Positions 30,704 to 39,613 of a stretch of 64,000 bases of DNA are shown one piece after another; the stretch's first letter is position 1, and every line of letters starts with the position of its first letter. Source of the DNA: a virus; the IMG/VR virus record IMGVR_UViG_3300029959_000014, positions 1 through 64,000 of that record; one strand, 5' to 3'. Made by a program: the position numbers and the translations under genes. The notes beneath the pieces were generated by a model, which saw nothing but the letters and a program-made list of their open reading frames with translations, did no database searches and had not been told where the DNA came from.

Positions 30704-31357
30704 TTATACATCAAATTTTTTCCTAGTGTGTTTGTTGAATCCTTCAAAGCACGTTGAATTTTCTAGCACGTTATGCCAGGGTGGACAATACTTGTGACAT
30801 TGCGGTGATATGTAGTATGCACAGTTATAACATACATTGAGTTCTTGATTAGATTTGTTAGTGTCATAGAAGGTTTTTACTACATTAGTTATGAGATCTG
30901 GTGTAGATAGTTTAGTGTCTTCGTAATTTGCAGGTTTATCAAATAATGATGATTTCTTTACATTATGGGTGCGCGATGGAATGAAAGTATTGTTGATGCG
31001 TTCTAATGCTTTAGTTTTCATTTCGTTGTATTCTTTTAAGGTAGTGTCAATTTCAACGGGTTCTATTTTAATACTTGATGCATCTTTAACACGATCATTG
31101 CTGATCTTACTCCTAAACATTCTAACTTTGCCATTATCATCCTTACGGCGAATGTTTAGGTTATGGCGCCGGTAATATATGTTGTGAGTTGGTGCAAATT
31201 TATCGAATTCACCGGTGTCAATTTCAATGTAGTGATCCATGTTTGGTAATTCATCACTGATGATAAGGTTGGTGGGATAGTTGTTGTTCTTGAATTTCTT
31301 GATGAGATGAGTCGGCTTTGGGAGTTTAGGATCCAAATTGGCGTAGGATACATACAT
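30704..31357 (-). CDS. hypothetical protein with a C-terminal Cys/His cluster
   Basis: It has a CYNCAYYISPQCHKYCPPWH motif. Confidence 0.45.
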   Translation of the reverse strand: MYVSYANLDPKLPKPTHLIKKFKNNNYPTNLIISDELPNMDHYIEIDTGEFDKFAPTHNIYYRRHNLNIRRKDDNGKVRMFRSKISNDRVKDASSIKIEPVEIDTTLKEYNEMKTKALERINNTFIPSRTHNVKKSSLFDKPANYEDTKLSTPDLITNVVKTFYDTNKSNQELNVCYNCAYYISPQCHKYCPPWHNVLENSTCFEGFNKHTRKKFDV

Positions 31358-31397
31358 AACAATGATGTATGTGTGGGGTTATATAAAATAGTATGGA

Positions 31398-31637
31398 TTA
31401 GTTGTGGGCTAAATATTCCTCGATGAAATATTTGAGCATAAAGTTTACTTCTAGATTATGATCATTATAACGTAGAGTTGTTCCATAGGGAGATGATATG
31501 ACTAAATCACAGAACGATGGGATTATAATTTCATTAAGATCTTCAATGCCAAGAGTTTCATATAATCGTCGTTTCTTAATCAAGTAGATTTTATGATCAT
31601 GATCAAGTTTGGTGTCATCTATAACTGTGATTGTCAT
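31398..31637 (-). CDS. hypothetical small protein
   Basis: It is a co-oriented ORF. Confidence 0.35.
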   Translation of the reverse strand: MTITVIDDTKLDHDHKIYLIKKRRLYETLGIEDLNEIIIPSFCDLVISSPYGTTLRYNDHNLEVNFMLKYFIEEYLAHN

Positions 31638-31660
31638 AATTAAATGTTTAAATTTACCAG

Positions 31661-31852
31661 TTAATATTTAATTGTAGGATTGTCGTATTCCGTGGTATAT
31701 GTATTGATATTAGTTTCTTGGTGGATTTCGCGTAATAGTTCATTTTGTTCTTGTAATAATTTAATTATGGTGGTAAGTTGTTTATTTATTAATGTATCAC
31801 GCGATGACAACTTGCCTTGTAATTCAATGTGATTTGGTGCAGTACAGATCAT
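31661..31852 (-). CDS. hypothetical small protein
   Basis: It is a co-oriented ORF. Confidence 0.3.
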   Translation of the reverse strand: MICTAPNHIELQGKLSSRDTLINKQLTTIIKLLQEQNELLREIHQETNINTYTTEYDNPTIKY

Positions 31853-31936
31853 ATAACTAATATTATGTTTTTACAATTATAAAATAGTAATGGTTACTAG
31901 GATCTTGGCGTCAAAATAGAAATTGTTACGCGAAGA

Positions 31937-32134
31937 TCACATTTGACTTATTTTGAAATCTTTCTTGTCCACCACGTTAACGTAGACGAATGCTCGCTTG
32001 TGGCATTTGTTACATTCAATGGCGATTTCTAGATAGTTGTCATCGATACCAATAAAATGAGTGCGTGTTGTGATATCCACGCTCTTACAATGCTTACAAG
32101 CAATTGCCAAATTGATGGTCATATAACACATCAC
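31937..32134 (-). CDS. small zinc-ribbon protein (CKHCKS...CNKCHK)
   Basis: It has two CxxC pairs. Confidence 0.4.
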   Translation of the reverse strand: MMCYMTINLAIACKHCKSVDITTRTHFIGIDDNYLEIAIECNKCHKRAFVYVNVVDKKDFKISQM

Positions 32135-32454
32135 AACATAATGACGAATAATGCTACAATGGTGATTGCTTGTATAATGCCTATTGCCATGAGGAGTTTG
32201 TAAGAATTGTTGATCCTGTTGTGTAATGATGATAGTTCATAATCCAGGGTTGATAGATCTTTATCAATTTCGTCTATATCGTTACAAATTTGAGTTTGAT
32301 TGATAGCAAGTTGTTCCACAGTTTCAATTACTGTGCTTACAACGGTGGAATTTGCTTCGTCTTCAAGTTGCTGTACAGTTTCAAGATTGTCAATGATTTC
32401 CTGTTCGGTGATGCGATCATTTTCAATGTATCGTCCTTTAATGAACTTTCCCAT
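32131..32454 (-). CDS. tail-anchored coiled-coil membrane protein
   Basis: It has an acidic coiled N-terminus and a C-terminal TM helix. Confidence 0.4.
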   Translation of the reverse strand: MGKFIKGRYIENDRITEQEIIDNLETVQQLEDEANSTVVSTVIETVEQLAINQTQICNDIDEIDKDLSTLDYELSSLHNRINNSYKLLMAIGIIQAITIVALFVIML

Positions 32455-32511
32455 ACTAGTATGTTAGCGTTAGTATTATAAAATAGTTATTATAAAGAAT
32501 AGGTGGTGTGG

Positions 32512-33102
32512 TCATTCACCAATTACTTGTTCGATCACCCTAGACGCTATATATGTGCTGTTGTCAAGGTTGTGCTGATCGGTGTTAATGATAGTGTATG
32601 GGTAGTTGAACATTTCTAGAATCATTTCGTAGCGGGACTGGATCATGGTAGCATACTGTGTGGTCATTTTTTCATTACGTTTTTGGCAACGTGCTGTTAG
32701 GGTAGTAGGATCGGCCTTGGTGAAGATTACGTGATCAATCCAGAGGGTGGGTGGTTGGTGACGTTCGATGTAATCGATTGCTTCTAGGGTTGTCCATCCA
32801 TATTGATCTTCAATTGCAAGTGATTGATAGACAAAGTTACAGATCATGGAACGATCACTAATGATGAGATCGCGCTTATCTGGTATGATGACTTCATTGT
32901 AAAGTTGTTCGCGATCTTTTGCAAACAATTCAATTAACTTTAATGCATCATCACATTGTTTAATAAGTGCAATGTTGTGTGCATAATATGGTTCTTTGAC
33001 GAATAGAGCATTGGTGAATAATGGATCACTGGATAATCTACGATGCATTGATGATTTACCACTAGCATCACAACCAGCCAGTGTTATTAATTTGCGTGTC
33101 AT
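32512..33102 (-). CDS. P-loop deoxynucleoside/deoxynucleotide (thymidylate-kinase-like) kinase
   Basis: It has Walker A LAGCDASGKSS, a VKEPYY block and an ERS-like ISDRSMICNFVY block. Confidence 0.5.
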   Translation of the reverse strand: MTRKLITLAGCDASGKSSMHRRLSSDPLFTNALFVKEPYYAHNIALIKQCDDALKLIELFAKDREQLYNEVIIPDKRDLIISDRSMICNFVYQSLAIEDQYGWTTLEAIDYIERHQPPTLWIDHVIFTKADPTTLTARCQKRNEKMTTQYATMIQSRYEMILEMFNYPYTIINTDQHNLDNSTYIASRVIEQVIGE

Positions 33103-33393
33103 AACTAGTATATTTGGTATGATGTTTTATAAAACTATTACATGTAAAGTTGATGTGATCACTAATTTTATATACGGACAATCACAACTATGTATTGTTA
33201 CTACTACTTTGACGGGCGGTATGTGACAAGAACCCCGCTTCAATTCTTGAAGCAAGAGTCTTCATAGCAAGAAACGCGCTTTATAGGTATAAACCTATTT
33301 AAGCGGCACTTGCGATTTAATGCTCTTATTTGTTAGGTGGTGTTTTGCTCCCATCACTTAACCATTAGTTTAATTGGCGTGAAGAATACATTC

Positions 33394-33407
33394 TTTCGCG
33401 CCGAAAT
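33394..33407 (+). promoter_or_regulatory. upstream GC element TTTCGCGCCGAAAT, 10 nt before the promoter box
   Basis: It is centred about -52 from the ATG of 33451. The same element lies upstream of several minus-strand genes. Confidence 0.45.
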
Positions 33408-33417
33408 ATACAATTAG

Positions 33418-33429
33418 TTTTATATAATA
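33418..33429 (+). promoter_or_regulatory. TTTTATATAATA box 21 nt upstream of the plus-strand gene ATG
   Basis: It is the plus-orientation copy of the motif. Confidence 0.55.
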
Positions 33430-33450
33430 TTACGCACATATAATACTGCT

Positions 33451-33810
33451 ATGGATGAATTTATTGATTATGAGAATATTTCTGATATGAATGATATTGT
33501 GGAAGATATAGAATCTGCTGAATGGGAAAGAAAAGTTCGATATGTTCGCGGTGTGGTGAAAGCCAAGATCATTGAAAAGGAGAGAGCAGCCGAAGCATTA
33601 TTGGAGGCCAATGAAAATTACGATAAGGTTGAAGAAGAATATAATGATTTGATTGCTAGAGATATTGATGATTTTGAAGTTCCAGTAGATTTTGAACGCA
33701 ACACATTATCCTCTGTCACAGTTTCTAAATATAATGGTAGAACTATTATTCCAAGTGGGTGGTCAGCGGTTTTTAATTCTGATGGATCTTCCTGGTCAGC
33801 AATTTACTGA
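33451..33810 (+). CDS. acidic hypothetical protein
   Basis: It is the second plus-strand gene and has its own promoter box and GC element. Confidence 0.5.
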   Translation: MDEFIDYENISDMNDIVEDIESAEWERKVRYVRGVVKAKIIEKERAAEALLEANENYDKVEEEYNDLIARDIDDFEVPVDFERNTLSSVTVSKYNGRTIIPSGWSAVFNSDGSSWSAIY

Positions 33811-34235
33811 TCACAACATTCTATCACTTTTATTTTTAAATCATTTCTAGTAACCATATAGATCATGGTTTCTATTAGAGTGCTATGATCATTGAATATT
33901 AATGCATGGGTGGCGCGTCGAATCATTGCAAATTGAGAACTGATAATTGGAAGTGCACCACAATTTCTAGTAGGCATTTCAACTTCGATTGGGATCTCTG
34001 TTAAAGATAACATACTGATTAAGGCAATATCACCCGTAGTATAATTGGTGATTAGGATTTTAGATATGTCGTGATCGCAGAGGTAGTCGATGAGTATATC
34101 TTGAGCAAATTTGTAATTGATTGTGTTGCTAGAAATGATATGTAAGTTGCTGGGTTTCATCACGATAATATTGTAATGTTTACAATTAAAAAATAGAAAG
34201 GTAAATCCTAGTAATTTATACTTTGGTGATCTCAA
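33804..34235 (-). CDS. hypothetical protein
   Basis: It is a co-oriented ORF. Confidence 0.4.
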   Translation of the reverse strand: MRSPKYKLLGFTFLFFNCKHYNIIVMKPSNLHIISSNTINYKFAQDILIDYLCDHDISKILITNYTTGDIALISMLSLTEIPIEVEMPTRNCGALPIISSQFAMIRRATHALIFNDHSTLIETMIYMVTRNDLKIKVIECCDQ

Positions 34236-34542
34236 TTATATTGGGAAAGAAACTCAATGGTGGAAATCTCATACCAGTTACGTTGATGTTGTAAGTTTCA
34301 TTTAATTTTATCTTTGCATAGCGATTTGATGCATCAACTTTTCCAACAAGCCAATTGTCACTTATAATGTAGACGTTATCTTCCATATCAACAATTTTGT
34401 ATGGAGTTGTAGGTATTTTTTCTTGTATAGTGATAGTTTTAGATGTTATGGTTACTGAAGAAATCAACATTAAAATTCCAAGTATAATTATAATTAGAAG
34501 TGCAAATACCACTTCAAACATTTCAGCATTATCACGTTGCAT
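34216..34542 (-). CDS. small TM protein
   Basis: It has an N-terminal TM helix. Confidence 0.35.
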   Translation of the reverse strand: MQRDNAEMFEVVFALLIIIILGILMLISSVTITSKTITIQEKIPTTPYKIVDMEDNVYIISDNWLVGKVDASNRYAKIKLNETYNINVTGMRFPPLSFFPNIIEITKV

Positions 34543-34686
34543 ATAATTTTATATGTAAGTGATAGTATAAAAATAAGATGTTATTCTAATGTGATATTTT
34601 GTTATTATAGTGAACAATATCAAGTTCACTTTGTCAGATGGATGAACAAGTTCTTGTGGTTATCATCGATCGTCATGTGGTGGTTA

Positions 34687-35046
34687 TCAAACTACAGCAA
34701 GTGTGACTTCATTGAGTTTAGAAATCAATCTCACGCTATTGTCAATTTTCTTTTTGTTGTATTGTCGTTCACGGAGTTCTTTGGCGATCACCTCGGGAGT
34801 TTTACTTAATCGGTAGACGTTGGTAGGTCGCCCGATATTGTTTTTAATTCGTTCGCTGATGGCAATGAAGTTGTCCTTGGTAAAGTCACTGATGATGTGG
34901 CTTACAACAGGCTGCTGGAGATCAGTCGCGCGTTCAAGTTCATGTTGAGTGAACTGTTTACGGGTTAAAATCTCTGTGAGAACTTCAGCCTTTTTGGGGT
35001 TGAGACCTAGGGTTTCAAGCGCCTTTATAATTTCTACTTGTTCCAT
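34687..35046 (-). CDS. winged-helix (MarR/TrmB-like) transcription regulator
   Basis: LGLNPKKAEVLTEIL..TQHELERATDLQQPVVSHII...IAISERI..GRPTNVYRL fits a wHTH. The likely start is the internal MEQVEII, which has ACTAGTATG and a TATA-like box at -22..-32. The 22-codon 5' extension in the ORF track is probably spurious. Confidence 0.4.
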   Translation of the reverse strand: MEQVEIIKALETLGLNPKKAEVLTEILTRKQFTQHELERATDLQQPVVSHIISDFTKDNFIAISERIKNNIGRPTNVYRLSKTPEVIAKELRERQYNKKKIDNSVRLISKLNEVTLAVV

Positions 35047-35234
35047 ACTAGTTAATATGATGTAATGAGATATATAATTATCGATTAGAAGGTAGTATAT
35101 ACTCAATGCCATTTACGAGGTGACTTGAATGTTTTACATTCGCATACAAGGTTGAATGTTGTATATAAGGCTTTAAATGCAAATGAAAGTGATTTTGGCG
35201 TGATTATTATATGTATGCGTATATAAAATAGAAG

Positions 35235-36122
35235 TTAAGTTGAATTCATATCTTCTAATTTGTTCTGGTAATAGGTGAAGATTGAACGTGGTGGAGACAT
35301 GAAATGTTTACGGGCTTCAGTGCTTACTTGTTTGGCAATTATCGGCATTGCGATCTTGACGTTTTTGAATTGTTCGGGGCCGATATCAGCAAGAACTTTA
35401 TCCAATGCCCCATAAATTTCACTGTCAGAAAGTGGTGGTAGTTCGACTTTATTGGGATCTATATCCTTTGGGATCTTATCAAGTTTTAAAGTATCGTGCT
35501 TTTCCTTGACGGCTAACAATCCATTGTTGTATGATGGTTTGTATGACTTGATTACAAAGCCCTCGATGTCTTGATGATCACGAAGCATACTGTCTCTGTA
35601 GGTGTAGAGATCTTCGATGCTGGTGTGTCTGGTGATTACCTGAACATCGATACATGGGATGTTACTGTGATGGCATTGTTGATGAAGGAAGTTATAGTGG
35701 GTGAATTGCTGGGTCTTGGAAGTCCATAGATCGAATGCTACGAATGATGGTTGATCATAGGTTTTAATACGGGTGGGAGATCGTCCTTTGGCCATCAACT
35801 CACCATAAAGGATGTAGTTATTACTCCAGTTACGAGCATCGAGTAATAGTTCCTTGATATTTTCTAGAAGTTGACCATCATCAATGCTTCGCGCAATACT
35901 CAAAAATGATGGATCTGCAATTGGTTGATTACGAGATCCCATTATGAGATTGTCTTCGTTGTCAAGATAGAAGCGAACATTGCTACCATCATGTTTAGGT
36001 TGCCAGAGAAGTTCTTCACCTAATATCATACCGGGACCAGGATACAATAATGCTATGCGATTGAGATGTGGATAAGTGATGTCACCGAGATTTAATGATA
36101 CTTGTTCTTTAACGTTAAACAT
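35235..36122 (-). CDS. ATP-dependent nucleotidyltransferase ligase (RNA/DNA ligase family)
   Basis: Motif I KHDGSN, motif III YILYGEL, motif IV EGFVIKSY and motif V LAVKEK are present in canonical order. Confidence 0.55.
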   Translation of the reverse strand: MFNVKEQVSLNLGDITYPHLNRIALLYPGPGMILGEELLWQPKHDGSNVRFYLDNEDNLIMGSRNQPIADPSFLSIARSIDDGQLLENIKELLLDARNWSNNYILYGELMAKGRSPTRIKTYDQPSFVAFDLWTSKTQQFTHYNFLHQQCHHSNIPCIDVQVITRHTSIEDLYTYRDSMLRDHQDIEGFVIKSYKPSYNNGLLAVKEKHDTLKLDKIPKDIDPNKVELPPLSDSEIYGALDKVLADIGPEQFKNVKIAMPIIAKQVSTEARKHFMSPPRSIFTYYQNKLEDMNST

Positions 36123-36640
36123 TAAGTGAACAAATATAATTTACCATATATAAAGAAAGAGATAAAAGTTATATAATAGAAATGTTAAAAAGGTGTCAAA
36201 TAGTTTGTTATAATCGTGTGATGGGATTGATCCATCAAATGATTTAGTGTGGTAATAAGAGAAAATCACGAAAATAATTATACATACATGTAACTCACCG
36301 GCTTCATTACTAGAATTATCCGGCCAAAAATATTAGATGGTGATGAACCAAGTCTACTATCAACGTGTGGATGGTTTGGAAATTTAATGATGGAGTCCAC
36401 ATCAGCCCATCGTATACCGCCATTCCATTAAGCGGTCAAGTTTGTTGTAATGTGATCATTGTGGAAGACTATTCATTGTTTATCCACATGTTTTAAACTT
36501 CTACCCGTGATAGCCGTAAATAACTCAATTGTTATCATTGTGGTCATCTATCTACCGTTTGTTTATTGACCAGCAGGGAAGTTCTAGTCTTGCATGAAGT
36601 TACCTTCATTCTGCACATTACATAACTTGTTTGCATTCTC

Positions 36641-36700
36641 GATATCACTCCCATGCCTGAATGCTAGGCCGAACGTCACGTTTGATATCCAACGTCAACC
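36641..36700. repeat. ~60-nt direct repeat unit 1 (GATATCACTCC...GTCACGTTTGATATCCAACG)
   Basis: A second copy lies at 36860-36915 and flanks the tRNA-like element. Confidence 0.45.
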
Positions 36701-36768
36701 GCTTATACTGTTTTTATCGGTTGAAATATCCTACAGGGCATCCATAATAAATGGTTGCTCAAGTTAGC

Positions 36769-36849
36769 AGTGGATTGATGATGGTGAAAGGAATTGAACC
36801 TTCGTTAACCAACATTAGACGATAGCAAACCGGTCAGACTATCGTAGTA
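36769..36849 (-). ncRNA. tRNA-like element a (7/7-bp acceptor GATGGTG/CACCATC plus T-arm GAAGG-TTCAATT-CCTTT, 81 nt)
   Basis: It has a perfect acceptor helix and a canonical T-loop, but the 49-nt interior (containing a 7-bp ACGATAG/CTATCGT stem) does not give a canonical D-arm and anticodon-arm fold. Confidence 0.4.
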
Positions 36850-36859
36850 ATACACCATC

Positions 36860-36915
36860 AATACCTTCTGATATCACTCCTACGGCGAAGGCAACCTGCG
36901 AGTCACGTTTGATAC
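36860..36915. repeat. ~60-nt direct repeat unit 2
   Basis: It pairs with 36641-36700. Confidence 0.45.
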
Positions 36916-37187
36916 CCAACGCACCAGATCGAGCGGTTTCACCTGGTGAATCACATTCCAACTTAATGGACTTGCCGCAGTGCTGATAACCAGCAATAGG
37001 AATTGCACCTATATCTCCACCAGGAACGATGGTGAGATTCTGTTACTCCATGCTGGTTAGAACTCTTTGTTCGGTCACCCAATTTGTTTCCATGATAACG
37101 CTCGTGGATAATCGCAGTAAACTTCCAAGCGGTAAATTCTGTTTATTCGTGCACTAATAAACTTATTGGTGGGTTTACTTCCACCTA

Positions 37188-37251
37188 TAACTGATGGGTG
37201 GATTCGAACCAACCCGTTGCACACCCATTGTGTCATCGGTTACGGTTGCCA
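37188..37251 (-). ncRNA. tRNA-like minihelix b (acceptor AACCGAT/ATCAGTT, T-arm GGTTCGAATCC)
   Basis: It has a T-loop TTCGAAT and a 6/7 acceptor pairing. Only ~19 nt separate the 5' acceptor strand from the T-arm, so the D and anticodon arms are absent. Confidence 0.4.
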
Positions 37252-37290
37252 CATTTGCGCAGATGTGGTTTACAACCATTTTATCAGGTT
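37243..37290. repeat. 48-nt direct repeat, copy 1
   Basis: It contains a CCACAT-loop8-ATGTGG hairpin and supplies the 5' acceptor strand of minihelix b. It is 47/48 identical to 37551-37598. Confidence 0.6.
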
Positions 37291-37403
37291 TTGGATTTGT
37301 TCCTGGGAAATTAAACCTGCAAAACGCCCACGGTTAACGAGCGTGCCTCGGCGGTTTAACAACTTTGATAATGGGGTTCTAAACCTGCTGAATTGAGACC
37401 CAC

Positions 37404-37461
37404 ATAACCAGTAGTGGATTCGAACCACTCCTCTTTCTCTTCCACCCGTCTGTGGCTGGTT
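37404..37461 (-). ncRNA. tRNA-like minihelix c (perfect T-arm AGTGG-TTCGAAT-CCACT)
   Basis: It has a 5/5 T-stem, an acceptor AACCAGC/ACTGGTT (6/7) and an internal CCAC-AGACGG-GTGG hairpin. Confidence 0.4.
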
Positions 37462-37510
37462 ACTCTCCTTACTCTCGCCTGGGATTTTTATCTCGCAGAG
37501 GATTTCAGGG

Positions 37511-37559
37511 ATAACCGATTGGGGATTCGAACCCCTTAATTCCCATTTGGTTTATCGGT
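37511..37559 (-). ncRNA. tRNA-like minihelix d (acceptor AACCGAT/ATCGGTT 7/7, T-arm GGGG-TTCGAAT-CCCC)
   Basis: It has a perfect 7-bp acceptor and a 17-nt linker to the T-arm. Its 5' strand lies within the 48-nt repeat copy 2. Confidence 0.45.
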
Positions 37560-37598
37560 TACGGTTGCCACATTTGCGCAGATGTGGTTTACAACCAT
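37551..37598. repeat. 48-nt direct repeat, copy 2
   Basis: It is a near-identical copy of 37243-37290. It is followed by a GNRA-capped hairpin GTTGGGATT-GCAA-AATCCAAC. Confidence 0.6.
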
Positions 37599-37784
37599 TT
37601 ATCCGTTTGTTGGATTTGCAATCCCAACCAGGCGTCTTACATTCCCTGTCACCTGCATTCCATCGTCGTAAAGACTTGCCTGCAGGGAAACCATCATACA
37701 AGATTTGACCTTGCACGATGGCTAATTCACTTACCGGGTCATCACTCCCGTATACATTATATTACACGTAATATTATTTAATAG

Positions 37785-38033
37785 TTACGAAATAATACTA
37801 GTAACCTCACCGTTATTGTGAAACGTATCAACGGCTTGATCATTGTATTCAATTACTTCGGCAAATACTTGATCACTTGGCACATAATCAGCCATAGCAT
37901 ATTTCATGGTCTTAAGACATTGTTTGACACTTTTGAATACAATGGCTTCCTCACGGTGATGAGCAAATCCTTTACGACCATAATAGATGGTATTGTTGTT
38001 TTCAGTGATCCACATAATTACTAGTGATGTCAT
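37785..38033 (-). CDS. hypothetical small protein
   Basis: It has a TTTTTATAATA box 20 nt upstream. Confidence 0.45.
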   Translation of the reverse strand: MTSLVIMWITENNNTIYYGRKGFAHHREEAIVFKSVKQCLKTMKYAMADYVPSDQVFAEVIEYNDQAVDTFHNNGEVTSIIS

Positions 38034-38053
38034 GATTAATTGTTTGGTGTTAG

Positions 38054-38063
38054 TATTATAAAA
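38054..38063 (-). promoter_or_regulatory. TTTTATAATA box
   Basis: It lies 20 nt upstream of the ATG of 37785-38033. Confidence 0.55.
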
Positions 38064-38160
38064 AGATGGTTATTATAATCTATACAATTATACATCCAGA
38101 TCGTGATCTCCTGATAGGTTCATTACAACGTAAGTGTTACCAGCCTTGATTTCACTATGT

Positions 38161-38637
38161 TTAATGATTATCATTGTCCAATACTATTTTACTATCGTTA
38201 CAATAAATCCATTGTTTCAATGTTTCTTTGTCTTTGAACATTTCAATGTTTCGATCTTCATCAGCGCGACTTTGATGATCAATGTAGGCACCTGAAGGAA
38301 GTTTCCAAATTAACTGGAGGTCTGATACTTCTTTAATCACTTCTATAAGCATTTGTCCTTCGGGAGTTTTCCACCCTTTAAATTCATCATATCCATATGG
38401 GTTTCTAATCATTGCCTCAACTTGTATCATTGTAAATACAATACGTGCTTGAACATCTTGTACAGTGTATGGACCCCATCCAAATTCAATGAAATCTGAT
38501 TTTGTTATGAGAGATGGATCAAATGTATTACTGTTTCTGTTGTATAATGGATCAAGTCTATCATAAGAAGAATTTCCAATTATGATATAGGAACTACTAG
38601 AACTATTACTTATGAAGCCATGTCGATACTTTACCAT
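38161..38637 (-). CDS. paralog 1 of the RHGFISNSSSSS family
   Basis: Its N-terminus MVKYRHGFISNSSSSSYIIIG is shared with the adjacent gene. Confidence 0.5.
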   Translation of the reverse strand: MVKYRHGFISNSSSSSYIIIGNSSYDRLDPLYNRNSNTFDPSLITKSDFIEFGWGPYTVQDVQARIVFTMIQVEAMIRNPYGYDEFKGWKTPEGQMLIEVIKEVSDLQLIWKLPSGAYIDHQSRADEDRNIEMFKDKETLKQWIYCNDSKIVLDNDNH

Positions 38638-38652
38638 TTTAATAAACCTTTA

Positions 38653-39033
38653 TTAATTGCTATAGCCACCATCGAATACCATGGGATTTTTAATTTCTAG
38701 AAAGTCCAATACTGATTGAAGTTCTTCCATCTTGTATGGTTTCTCACTTATATCATCGTCAAAGATAATTCCACCCCAACCAATGTAAGTATCGCCATCG
38801 TTATTTACTGTGTTGTATGGTGCTTTGCTAGAGATGTTTGGCCACCAAGTCACGATTTGCCAAGGATCGTCTTCAGTATCATAATCATCAATTAGTTCTT
38901 GCATATCATCATCACTGATCAGTGATTTGATTTTAGGCCATACAACTTCAACTATCTCATCAGTAAGTTTTGCACCAATAATTAAAAATGATGAACTTGA
39001 ACTGTTACTAATAAAACCATGTCTAACTTTCAT
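38653..39033 (-). CDS. paralog 2 of the RHGFISNSSSSS family
   Basis: Its N-terminus is MKVRHGFISNSSSSSFLIIG. It is a tandem duplicate with a diverged C-terminus. Confidence 0.5.
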   Translation of the reverse strand: MKVRHGFISNSSSSSFLIIGAKLTDEIVEVVWPKIKSLISDDDMQELIDDYDTEDDPWQIVTWWPNISSKAPYNTVNNDGDTYIGWGGIIFDDDISEKPYKMEELQSVLDFLEIKNPMVFDGGYSN

Positions 39034-39091
39034 ATGATAATATACGAGTTAATATTATAAAATAGTTACTAGTAGATCTAATACTGAAATC

Positions 39092-39337
39092 CTAATAATA
39101 GATTTCCCAGGTTTCACCTCTAAATTCTCTCTCGATGTAGATTTTAAGTATGTGTGGAAGTAGTTCATTGAATAACACTACAGATCCTCGATGTGACCAA
39201 TTACAATGAGTTATGACATGAATGTAACCAACATTTGATTTATATTCATACCAAATTATCATTCCATCGCACAATTCACCAAATTCAAAGCGTCGTGGTT
39301 TTGCATATTCTAAAAACTGCTGATAGGTTAGATTCAT
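39092..39337 (-). CDS. hypothetical small protein
   Basis: It is a co-oriented ORF. Confidence 0.35.
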   Translation of the reverse strand: MNLTYQQFLEYAKPRRFEFGELCDGMIIWYEYKSNVGYIHVITHCNWSHRGSVVLFNELLPHILKIYIEREFRGETWEIYY

Positions 39338-39352
39338 AATACACTACTAGTA

Positions 39353-39613
39353 TCATTTCTTCCTTGGTGGGGTGTCACAGAGTTCACCTTCAATATATCC
39401 GTATGTATGATTACATACAATTGCTAGACCCGTTGAACCATCTTTATCTATGAACTGTTGAACACATTTAATTGGATCATAACATTCCATACCAGCACAA
39501 TTTTTGTGACCTTTTGGTCGATAAAATTCATTGATGTAGTTAACTTCTACATCGATATCACCAAGTTCTTCAAGTTGCCATTGCAATTCTTCAATAATTT
39601 CACTAATTTTCAT
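39353..39613 (-). CDS. hypothetical small protein
   Basis: It is a co-oriented ORF. Confidence 0.35.
   Translation of the reverse strand: MKISEIIEELQWQLEELGDIDVEVNYINEFYRPKGHKNCAGMECYDPIKCVQQFIDKDGSTGLAIVCNHTYGYIEGELCDTPPRKK

Noticed and set aside
36769-37559. I tried to call the T-arm elements as canonical tRNA genes with specific anticodons.
   Set aside because: By hand I could not build D-arms or anticodon arms between the well-paired acceptor and T stems. The spacing is 17-25 nt in three of the four elements, so they are reported as tRNA-like minihelices pending tRNAscan or covariance analysis.
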